Origin: Candidatus Adlerbacteria bacterium
GTDB lineage: Bacteria; Patescibacteriota; Minisyncoccia; Phycocordibacterales; SBAW01
Assembly (NCBI GenBank): GCA_903824155.1
Contig: CAIJVL010000035.1
Span: 1 to 47,887, forward strand
Length of the DNA stretch: 47,887 bases
Direction of reading: 5' to 3'
The notes beneath the pieces were generated by a model. The model was not told the origin of the DNA and searched no databases. It was given only the letters and a program-made list of their open reading frames with translations. The position numbers and the translations under genes were made by a program. Position 1 is the stretch's first letter. Every line of letters starts with the position of its first letter. This document shows positions 40,531 through 47,887 of the stretch, in pieces.

Positions 40531-41298
40531 TTATTTATGGGAAACTGATTTTAAAATCTCAATAAACGAGTCGAGCTGTGCGCTTGCATGCCCCACCAAC
40601 AAGCCCTGGACATCTCCTTCCTGAAGCAGCGTGCGCGCATTACTTGCCTCGACGGCACCGCCGTAGAGTATCGGCACCTTAAGCGCCGCACTGCGCTCCA
40701 TGTACTCGGTCAACGTTTTTTTAATAAAAATGCTCATCTCGCGCAGGTCGGGACCCTTCATCGCGTCGTCCGCACTTTTACCAATTGCCCATACCGGCTC
40801 GTACGCAATAACTAACTTACCTGTTTTAATGATCGGCAGCTTATCGAGCGCCGATGAGAGTTGCTCGGTAACAACCGACAAGTACGCGCCGGCGTGGTCT
40901 CGCTCAGTTTCGCCAATGCATAAAATAATCGAAAGGTTCTCCTCGAGCGCGCGCATCAGCTGTGCGCGCACTACGGCATTGGTTTCGCCCATGGCGCGGC
41001 GCTCGGAGTGCCCCACTATCGCAAACGTTGCGCCCGAAGCTTTTGCCATTGCCGCCGACACTTCGCCGGTGCGCTTTTCATCCAAAAATTGCGAAACGCT
41101 TTGTGCGCCCACTTTAACGGCAGAGTTTTTAAAAGCTGCGACAGTCGCCGAAAGGAGCGTAAACGGAGGAGCAATACTTACGTCAATATTTTTATATAAA
41201 GGAAGCTTGCGGCGCAGGCCGGATGCAAACTTTTTAGCCTCCTCCGCGGAGGCAAGGTACATCTTCCAATTTCCAACAATAAGAGGTTTCTTCGCCAT
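40531..41298 (-). CDS. tpiA: Triosephosphate isomerase
   Basis: It contains GNWKMY, GHSERR and AYEPVWAIGKS. Confidence 0.95.
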   Translation of the reverse strand: MAKKPLIVGNWKMYLASAEEAKKFASGLRRKLPLYKNIDVSIAPPFTLLSATVAAFKNSAVKVGAQSVSQFLDEKRTGEVSAAMAKASGATFAIVGHSERRAMGETNAVVRAQLMRALEENLSIILCIGETERDHAGAYLSVVTEQLSSALDKLPIIKTGKLVIAYEPVWAIGKSADDAMKGPDLREMSIFIKKTLTEYMERSAALKVPILYGGAVEASNARTLLQEGDVQGLLVGHASAQLDSFIEILKSVSHK

Positions 41299-41318
41299 GG
41301 AGAAACTATAGCACTTTC

Positions 41319-42836
41319 CTATTCGGCCGCCATTTCTACCACCTCCTCAATGCTCACCAGCCCCTGTACCGCCTTAAAAAGAGCGTCTTCAAGCAGGCTC
41401 AGGCCCTCTAAACCGGTGGCAACTTCAAGCGTCTCTTGGATACCTGCATAACCGCGATAGCTCTCTTCACCTGTGGCCGTATAAAACTGGATATCCTTCC
41501 AGGCAGTGTGCTCATGCACGACCCCCTCCTCTTTAAGTGCCGCGAGTACCTTGGAAAACCGCACCTTACTTTCGAGCAACTCACCCTCGGCTCTTGCGAG
41601 AGGGCGTTTTGACGCGCCCGGGCCAAGACGGCGTATAAGGAGTACCGAAACTACAAGCTTTACGCTTTTCTCCAGTAAACCCCCCGTTACCTCGCATTCG
41701 GTAGTTAAAATATCGAGCGCTCCCGCCGCGCTGCGCGCCTCTAAACCGCCAAGAACAAATGCGCCGCGCTCGGCCGCAGCAAATGCCAGCGATGCCGCGC
41801 CCGCTTCATGCAGATCGCTTACCATCACCGTGTCCGGATCTTGCCGCAGCACGGCGCGCAGCGTTGCCGCTGTGCCCAGCCCCAAGTCCGGGCGCGTCAT
41901 GGTCTGATGCGCGCGCGGCAAGCGATACTCTACTTCATCTTCAACCGTTGCAACGGACCGCGAAGCTCCCGTTATGTGGTCGAGCATTGTATATAAAAGA
42001 GTGGTTTTGCCGCTGCCTCCCATGCCGGCCACTACCACCGCGCCTTGTTGCTTGTGCAGCGCTGTTTGCACCTGCTCGAGCGCTTGGCCATGGAGACCAA
42101 GTGACGAGAGCGAAAAGCCCGTTACACTTTCTGTATCATGCGAGAGGCGCATAACGAGCCGCTCGCCGCGCACCGTTGGCACTGCAGTCACTGCCACGCC
42201 AACCTCGCGTCCGTCGTGCATAAAATTAAAAGAGCCTTCCTGCACGGCCGTACTGACCGGAAACAGCTTCGCCAGCGATTTAATCCGCTCTACTATATAG
42301 CGCGACGCTCCCTCGGGAAGGCGCAGTGCCTCTCGCAGCGCGCCTTCTATGCGGTAGCGCACAACCGTGCCTGCAGCCTCGGCGTGGCTTGGCTCTATAT
42401 GCACATAGTGGGCGCCGCTGTGGAGCGCGTGTTTTAAAAGCGATTCGGCAGCCTCTTTGCCGCCCTGCACCATACCGGCAAATTTTTCTTTAAGATGCTT
42501 TTGATACAAAAGGAGTGCCTGCTTGATGGAGCCGCGGTCGGTAAGGCGCACCTGCACGCGATGCGACTGGCGCAAAAAGTCTATCAGGGGCAAATCGGCC
42601 AAATCTAAAAGAGCAACTTCAATCCCCTCTTCGCCGCGGCTGTAAGCAATAATATTAGCCGTGCGCGAAAGGGGCTCGGGGATAAGTACCAGTGAAGCAA
42701 GCGAAATATCATCGCGGCCCAAAGTTACAAAAGGAACACCAAGGCGCAGCGCTTCAGCTCGGCGCTTTTCGTCCTCGCTCATAGGCCCGCTTGCCAGCCA
42801 CCCGCGCTCCTCAACGCTGTTCATCCTTTCCGCCAT
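41319..42836 (-). CDS. GspE/PilB-family secretion ATPase homolog, divergent
   Basis: It has a T2SSE_N-like N-terminus, the Walker A motif GMGGSGKTT and LRQDPDTVMV. The His box and the catalytic Glu positions are substituted. Confidence 0.75.
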   Translation of the reverse strand: MAERMNSVEERGWLASGPMSEDEKRRAEALRLGVPFVTLGRDDISLASLVLIPEPLSRTANIIAYSRGEEGIEVALLDLADLPLIDFLRQSHRVQVRLTDRGSIKQALLLYQKHLKEKFAGMVQGGKEAAESLLKHALHSGAHYVHIEPSHAEAAGTVVRYRIEGALREALRLPEGASRYIVERIKSLAKLFPVSTAVQEGSFNFMHDGREVGVAVTAVPTVRGERLVMRLSHDTESVTGFSLSSLGLHGQALEQVQTALHKQQGAVVVAGMGGSGKTTLLYTMLDHITGASRSVATVEDEVEYRLPRAHQTMTRPDLGLGTAATLRAVLRQDPDTVMVSDLHEAGAASLAFAAAERGAFVLGGLEARSAAGALDILTTECEVTGGLLEKSVKLVVSVLLIRRLGPGASKRPLARAEGELLESKVRFSKVLAALKEEGVVHEHTAWKDIQFYTATGEESYRGYAGIQETLEVATGLEGLSLLEDALFKAVQGLVSIEEVVEMAAE

Positions 42837-42867
42837 TTGTCTCTATTATATATCGATTTTGAGGGGA

Positions 42868-42895
42868 TTGACTTTTTGGGCCAAAAGAGTATATT
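42868..42895 (+). promoter_or_regulatory. Sigma70-like promoter of nusA
   Basis: TTGACT-16 nt-TATATT, about 85 nt upstream of the ATG. Confidence 0.5.
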
Positions 42896-42981
42896 TGGAG
42901 CATCTGGTAACTGCCCCGCGTGGGTGGTTTTTCTTTTTATAAGGGCCGGATTTCACTAGATATTAAATAACAAATACCACC

Positions 42982-44250
42982 ATGTTTGACCTTAAAGTAA
43001 TGAACTCAGTGCTCGGCGAGCTCGAAGAGGAGCGCGGCATACCGCGCGAGAAAGTAATCGAGGCTATCGAAGCCGCTCTTGCAACCGCCTATAAAAAAGA
43101 ATACGCAAAGCGCGGGCAGATTATCCGCGCACATATCGACCTTGGAACCGGCACGACCGAATTTCAGCAGGTTAAAGAAGTTGTTGATGAAAGCTCCGTG
43201 CGCTTTGTCGAAGAGGGCGAAGAGGAAGCCGAAGAGGTACACACGCCGTTTAATAAAAAGTACGTTGCCCCCGAGCCGGTTGACCCCAACGCTCCGGTAG
43301 AACTTCCGCGCTTTAACTCCGAGCAGCACATCCTCTTGGCCGATGCCAAGCTTATCAAGCGCGACGCTAAAGTCGGCGACGAGCTTATCTTCCCTCTTGA
43401 AATGAAGGATGACTACGGCCGCATTGCAGCCCAGACTGCCAAGCAAGTAATTATCCAAAAGATCCGCGAAGCGGAGAAGGTCTCGGTCGTTGCCGAGTTT
43501 GGCAAGCATCAGGGCGAAATCGTCTCGGGCACCGTGCAGCGCATGGAGCGCGGCAATATCTACATCGACCTTGGCCGTGCAACCGGCATCTTGCCGTACG
43601 ATGAGCAGATTCCCGGCGAGCGCTATCGCCAAGGTGAGCGCATCCGCGCGTTGCTGTACCAAGTAGAGGAGTCTCCGCGCGGCATTTACCTGCGTCTTTC
43701 TCGCGCCAACCCGCAATTCCTTGTAAAGCTTTTTGCAATGGAAGCGCCCGAAGTTGCCAACGGCACCGTGGTATTTAAAGAAGTTGCCCGCGAGGCCGGC
43801 AGCCGCTCGAAGGTTGCCGTTGCATCGACCGATGCGCACGTCGACCCTGTCGGCTCGCTCGTTGGCCAGCGCGGCGTCCGTGTATCGACCGTAACGAGCG
43901 AGCTCGGCGGCGAGAAGATAGACATCATCGAGTGGAATGAAAATACTAAGAGCTTTATCGAAGAAGCTCTCTCGCCTGCGCGCATCACTTCGGTAGAGTT
44001 GGACGAGGCTGAGCACAAGGCAACTATTAAAGTTGCCGAGGACCAGCAGTCTCTGGCCATTGGCCGCGGCGGACAAAATGTACGCCTTGCAGCAAAATTG
44101 ACCGGCTGGCGCCTCGATATCCAGTCGACCGCAGGCCCGAAAATTGCCGAAGCAACCGAAGACGGCGAAGTAAAAGTGGAGGCGGTAGAAGAGGTCAAAG
44201 AGTTGATAGAGGAAGCCGAAGCTTCTCCCGAAACTCCCGCAGCTGAGTAA
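42982..44250 (+). CDS. nusA: Transcription termination/antitermination factor NusA
   Basis: The S1 and two KH domains are recognisable (GQRGVRVSTVTSELGGEKIDII, AIGRGGQNVRLAAKLTGWRLDI). Confidence 0.95.
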   Translation: MFDLKVMNSVLGELEEERGIPREKVIEAIEAALATAYKKEYAKRGQIIRAHIDLGTGTTEFQQVKEVVDESSVRFVEEGEEEAEEVHTPFNKKYVAPEPVDPNAPVELPRFNSEQHILLADAKLIKRDAKVGDELIFPLEMKDDYGRIAAQTAKQVIIQKIREAEKVSVVAEFGKHQGEIVSGTVQRMERGNIYIDLGRATGILPYDEQIPGERYRQGERIRALLYQVEESPRGIYLRLSRANPQFLVKLFAMEAPEVANGTVVFKEVAREAGSRSKVAVASTDAHVDPVGSLVGQRGVRVSTVTSELGGEKIDIIEWNENTKSFIEEALSPARITSVELDEAEHKATIKVAEDQQSLAIGRGGQNVRLAAKLTGWRLDIQSTAGPKIAEATEDGEVKVEAVEEVKELIEEAEASPETPAAE

Positions 44251-44269
44251 AAAATAATTAAAAGAGAGA

Positions 44270-44298
44270 ACCCCGAGCCCTTGTGACTCGGGTTTTTT
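44270..44298 (+). terminator. Rho-independent terminator after nusA
   Basis: CCCGAG...CTCGGG plus TTTTTT. Confidence 0.75.
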
Positions 44299-44341
44299 GA
44301 TATATAGTTGAGTAGTTACTTAACCAATCTAATTTTCATAT

Positions 44342-44878
44342 ATGAACCTCTGGCACGACGTACCCTTGGGCGACAACGCTCCTAACGAAATAAACGTAAT
44401 TATTGAGATTCCTAAAGGCTCGAACAATAAATACGAGATCGACAAAGAAACGGGTTTGATAAAGCTCGACCGCGCCAACTACTCTTCAGCTTCATTCCCC
44501 TACGACTACGGCTTTGCGCCGCAGACGCTTTGGGACGATGGCGACGCGCTTGATGTAATCGTACTGACCACGTACCCGCTGCAAACCGGCATCCTTGTTG
44601 CCGTGCGCCCCGTTGCCGTGATGGAGATGATCGACTCGGGCGAATCTGATTTTAAAGTTATTGCCGTGCCTGTTGAGGACCAGCGCTGGGAGGATGTACA
44701 GGACTTGGCGGACATCAACAAACACACTATTAAAGAGTTTCAGCACTTCCTTGAGACGTACAAAGCGCTTAAAGGTAAGCCTGCTCCGGTTGAAATAAAT
44801 GCCGTTAAAGGCAAAGCCGATGCAATAGAGGCGGTTAAGAAGTCGGTTGAGATGTATAAACAAAAATTCGCGAAATAA
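44342..44878 (+). CDS. ppa: Inorganic pyrophosphatase (family I)
   Basis: It contains NKYEIDKETG, YGFAPQT and DGDALDVIVL. Confidence 0.95.
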   Translation: MNLWHDVPLGDNAPNEINVIIEIPKGSNNKYEIDKETGLIKLDRANYSSASFPYDYGFAPQTLWDDGDALDVIVLTTYPLQTGILVAVRPVAVMEMIDSGESDFKVIAVPVEDQRWEDVQDLADINKHTIKEFQHFLETYKALKGKPAPVEINAVKGKADAIEAVKKSVEMYKQKFAK

Positions 44879-44902
44879 TCACGTGTGTGATATATTCGCT
44901 CA

Positions 44903-46000
44903 ATGAAATTTGAAGAATTGGCAAAGGCTTTTGCCCTTAAGGAGCTGCCCGAAAGCGAGGTTGAGATAACCGGCGACGTACCGGCAGAGATGGTCGCCGA
45001 GTATAAAGACGCGGCTTTAATGCACATCGCCGGCGAGCTGGATTTGCCCGGCTTCCGCAAGGGCCACGTGCCGCCGGACGTAGCCGCCAAAAAGATCGGC
45101 GAGCTGGCCGTGCTCGAAGAGTCCATCGAGCTTTTTGTTAAAGACTTTTACCCCGAGCTGGTAGAGGTCAAAAAGATAGAGGCCGTCGGCCGCCCCGACA
45201 TCCGCATCACCAAGCTGGCCCCCGGCAACCCGGTGAGCCTTGTTATCCGCGCTGCGGTGTACCCGGTAGTGAATTTGCCCAAGAATTGGAAAGATATCGA
45301 AAAAGACATCAAGCTTGAAGAAGCCCTCCCTGCAACCGACGAAGAAGTGCAGCAAACAATAGACTCTTTGCTTAAGGCACGCGCCGTGCCCCCAACGCTC
45401 ACCGAGGCCGAAGTGGCCGAAGGTAAAAAGGCCGAAGCAGTATTGCCCGAGCTGACCGACGAGTTTGCCAAGTCGCTTGGCGCCTTTACCTCGGTAGAAC
45501 ATTTGAAAGAAATGATTCGCAAAGGCATCGGCGAGGAAAAAGTACGCGCCCAAAAGGATGCGCGTCGCGCCAAGATAATTGAGTCTTTACTTAAAGACAC
45601 AACCGTTGCCGTACCGGCCGTGTTTGTCGAGAGCGAGCTGGATAAGATAATGTCGCAGATGCAGGAGGACGTTGCCCGCTTTGGCATGACGTTTGAGGAC
45701 TATCTTAAGCAGTCGAGCAAGACCGAAGAGGGCGTGCGCAACGATTTTAGAGAGCAAGCGGCCAAGCGCGCCAAGCTCCAGCTAACGCTTAACAAAATAG
45801 CTACTGACGAAAAGATAGAGGCCGACAAAGAAGAGGCCGATGCCGAGATGAAGCACGCGATAGAGCACTTCCCCGACGCCAACATGGCATTGCTGCGCAT
45901 CCATATCGAAACGGTGCTGAGGAATGAAAAAACCCTCCAACTATTGGAAGGCAACCCAAACCCCAAAAACGAGCCCACAACCCACGACCACCAGCACTAG
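44903..46000 (+). CDS. tig: Trigger factor lacking the PPIase domain
   Basis: The PGFRKGHVP signature is in the N-domain. At 365 aa, the N-domain appears to join directly to the C-terminal arm domain. Confidence 0.85.
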   Translation: MKFEELAKAFALKELPESEVEITGDVPAEMVAEYKDAALMHIAGELDLPGFRKGHVPPDVAAKKIGELAVLEESIELFVKDFYPELVEVKKIEAVGRPDIRITKLAPGNPVSLVIRAAVYPVVNLPKNWKDIEKDIKLEEALPATDEEVQQTIDSLLKARAVPPTLTEAEVAEGKKAEAVLPELTDEFAKSLGAFTSVEHLKEMIRKGIGEEKVRAQKDARRAKIIESLLKDTTVAVPAVFVESELDKIMSQMQEDVARFGMTFEDYLKQSSKTEEGVRNDFREQAAKRAKLQLTLNKIATDEKIEADKEEADAEMKHAIEHFPDANMALLRIHIETVLRNEKTLQLLEGNPNPKNEPTTHDHQH

Positions 46001-46025
46001 CTAAAAAGAGCCTTATTTGAGGTAT

Positions 46026-46054
46026 TTGACATATATATCTATATATGCTATACT
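46026..46054 (+). promoter_or_regulatory. Near-consensus sigma70-like promoter of the dksA-like gene
   Basis: TTGACA-17 nt-TATACT. Confidence 0.55.
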
Positions 46055-46081
46055 TTATATAGATAAAAACAGGGGGCGAAA

Positions 46082-46348
46082 ATGCATTCAAAAAAGTATT
46101 TGGCGCGGCAAAAGCGCCGCATCGAGGAGCGTATAAAGCGCTGTGAAAATGTCGTTAGAGGCCGTCGGCTAGACGCATCCTTAAAAGCTGAAAAAGTGCT
46201 GCCCTCTCAGAGGATGGCGCTCTCGCTTTTAAAAAGCGGCAAATACGGCATCTGCATTGCTTGCGGAGAATCTATTTCTCCCGAGCGGCTCGAGTTTGTG
46301 CCCGCTGCGCTGCGCTGCGTGCCTTGCCAGACAGATGCAGAAAAATAA
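46082..46348 (+). CDS. DksA/TraR family C4 zinc-finger protein
   Basis: CIACGESI-x17-RCVPCQ follows a coiled-coil region. Confidence 0.8.
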   Translation: MHSKKYLARQKRRIEERIKRCENVVRGRRLDASLKAEKVLPSQRMALSLLKSGKYGICIACGESISPERLEFVPAALRCVPCQTDAEK

Positions 46349-46353
46349 TACGC

Positions 46354-46387
46354 CGCCGCACCAAAAGTGCGGCGGTTCTTTCTTTTA
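46354..46387. terminator. Bidirectional terminator
   Basis: CCGCCGCAC-CAAAA-GTGCGGCGG is flanked by T/A runs. Confidence 0.75.
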
Positions 46388-47110
46388 TTGCTTACTAAGA
46401 TTGTCCGTAAACAAATAGCCTCGATGTATAAATTGCGGGGTCGGTAGTTTGGGCTCTTTACCGCTTGCCTTTGCTGCCGCAAATTGTTCGAGCTGCTGTT
46501 TGTACGAGTCGAACCGGTCATATTCACTATCCGACATCTCTTCTTCACTAAAGGCTATGGAAGGAATGCGGACCGTTACAAAAACAATGTCTTTGGGACC
46601 AATTTCTCCTTTAACCGACCGTACATGTGTCCGGTCGAGTCCCGCAAACCTTTGTTCGGCATCATCCATTGCCTCAACATCGTGCAGTGCTTCTTGCTTA
46701 ACACCTACAACAGTCACGATTCCATTTACTTGTCCGTACCCTTCAAGGTATGCGTTGTTTAACCCGCTTACCCCCTGCTCTCCGCTCCATACCACTGCGT
46801 TTGAATACCTCTCACCTTCAGGAAAATCAATACTGTAAGACTCGTCGTTATTAAGTGCATCAATAATTCTTTCTGGATCTTCGCGGCGGACGATCAAAGG
46901 CTCGCCGCGCAGCGCGTCATACATTTTATTGATGTCAGTGTACTCGGTGGCATGAGTGCGAAAAAAATTGAGAGTTTCCTGACCTGTCTTTTCTATCAGC
47001 TCTTTTTTCTCTTGCTTGGGAAGTTCGTTAAGTTCCTTCGTTGTAAGTAGATTCTGAGTGAGCGGCTTTTTTTCTTGCTTTTGTGGTTGCCGAGGTGCTC
47101 CTTCTTGCAT
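46385..47110 (-). CDS. Hypothetical protein (241 aa)
   Basis: A long ORF with normal composition and no recognisable motifs. Confidence 0.5.
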   Translation of the reverse strand: MQEGAPRQPQKQEKKPLTQNLLTTKELNELPKQEKKELIEKTGQETLNFFRTHATEYTDINKMYDALRGEPLIVRREDPERIIDALNNDESYSIDFPEGERYSNAVVWSGEQGVSGLNNAYLEGYGQVNGIVTVVGVKQEALHDVEAMDDAEQRFAGLDRTHVRSVKGEIGPKDIVFVTVRIPSIAFSEEEMSDSEYDRFDSYKQQLEQFAAAKASGKEPKLPTPQFIHRGYLFTDNLSKQ

Positions 47111-47146
47111 TTCGTAAGTATACTTCCTCTCACCAAAGGCTCACGC

Positions 47147-47174
47147 TTGAAATTACTCAAAAAAGTTGTAAAAT
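47147..47174 (+). promoter_or_regulatory. Sigma70-like promoter of clpP, positioned for a leaderless transcript
   Basis: TTGAAA-16 nt-TAAAAT. The ATG begins 7 nt after the -10 hexamer. Confidence 0.5.
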
Positions 47175-47180
47175 GCTTGC

Positions 47181-47846
47181 ATGCCTACAAACAACAATAC
47201 CAACCAAAACAATTCAAACCTTACCAATAACGACATCCGTGCCCAGCTCGTGCCTATGGTTATAGAAAAATCGCCTTTTGGCGAGCGCGCCTTCGACATT
47301 TACTCACGCCTCTTAAAAGAGCGCATTATCTTCTTGACCGGCCCTATCGAGGACCACACGGCCAACCTGGTCATCGCGCAGCTCCTCTTTTTGGAGTCTG
47401 AGGACCCTAAAAAGGACATCCAGATATACATCAACTCCCCCGGCGGCTCGGTGAGTGCCGGTTTGGCGATGCTCGATACGATGAACCACATCAAGCCCGA
47501 CGTTTCGACCGTATGCGTGGGGCTAGCAGCGTCCGCCGCGGCGATTATCATGGCGGCAGGACAAAAGGGCAAGCGCTTTGCCTTACCTAACGCCGAGGTG
47601 ATGATCCACCAGCCGTGGGGCGGCGCACAGGGCCAGGCAACTGACATTGAAATTACCGCCAAGCACATCATTGCCACCCGTGACAGGCTTAACAAAATAT
47701 TGGCAAAGGCAACCGGCCAGAGCTTGGCCAAGATCGAAAAGGACGTCGAGCGCGACTACTTTATGTCGGCCGAGGAGGCCAAAAAGTACGGCCTCGTAGA
47801 CGAGGTCCTGACCCAAAAAGGCGTCACCACTACCCTTAAAAAGTAA
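47181..47846 (+). CDS. clpP: ATP-dependent Clp protease proteolytic subunit
   Basis: It contains [14 protein letters not shown], the catalytic Ser context GLAASAAA, and MIHQPWGG. Confidence 0.96.
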   Translation: MPTNNNTNQNNSNLTNNDIRAQLVPMVIEKSPFGERAFDIYSRLLKERIIFLTGPIEDHTANLVIAQLLFLESEDPKKDIQIYINSPGGSVSAGLAMLDTMNHIKPDVSTVCVGLAASAAAIIMAAGQKGKRFALPNAEVMIHQPWGGAQGQATDIEITAKHIIATRDRLNKILAKATGQSLAKIEKDVERDYFMSAEEAKKYGLVDEVLTQKGVTTTLKK

Positions 47847-47887
47847 TAAGCTGGAAAATGTTTTCCACCTAACCAGGACGGCTTATC

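Noticed and set aside
1-47887. Possible alternative genetic code (UGA recoding, as in some CPR lineages).
   Set aside because: All conserved genes are full length under the standard code with no in-frame TGA needed. TGA serves as the stop of recJ and of several orphan ORFs. TAA is strongly preferred and TAG is also used.

Overview
This 47.9-kb window looks like a small-genome, CPR/Patescibacteria-type bacterium. That is an inference from several traits: no L30 gene between rpsE and rplO, a zinc-type 61-aa S14, r-proteins with terminal extensions, a trigger factor without a PPIase domain, and a ComEC/RecJ/PilB-like gene set.

The minus strand from 30.8 kb down to 3.8 kb carries the str-S10-spc ribosomal supercluster in canonical order: rpsL-rpsG | fusA | tuf-rpsJ | rplC-rplD-rplW-rplB | rpsS-rplV-rpsC-rplP-rpmC-rpsQ-rplN-rplX-rplE | rpsN-rpsH-rplF-rplR-rpsE-rplO-secY | adk-map. 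At five junctions it is interrupted by accessory islands of orphan small genes. Each sub-operon has acquired its own sigma70-like promoter and terminator.

Main signals:
- A tandem array of four paralogous small genes lies antisense between rplB and rpsS.
- Two island borders carry long direct repeats: a 49-bp duplicated rplE terminator, and a 30-bp duplicated rpsG 3' end that now supplies the C-terminus of a low-GC membrane ORF.
- A promoter- and terminator-bounded structured RNA candidate lies at 2600-2727.
- Orphan genes have strong Shine-Dalgarno (SD) sites, while housekeeping genes have none and are often apparently leaderless.
- A GC hairpin plus U tract recurs next to the predicted transcription start in the rpsL, fusA, rpsS and rpsN leaders.

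The flanks hold housekeeping genes: rpmI/rplT, a beta-CASP RNase, ndk, glmM, an M50 protease, rpmB, sod, comEC, dgkA, rnhA, recJ, a HIT protein, pgk, tpiA, a PilB-like ATPase, nusA, ppa, tig, a dksA-like gene and clpP.

I saw no rRNA, tRNA, CRISPR array, transposase or integrase. All calls rest on reading the sequence and on remembered family signatures. No database search was run.
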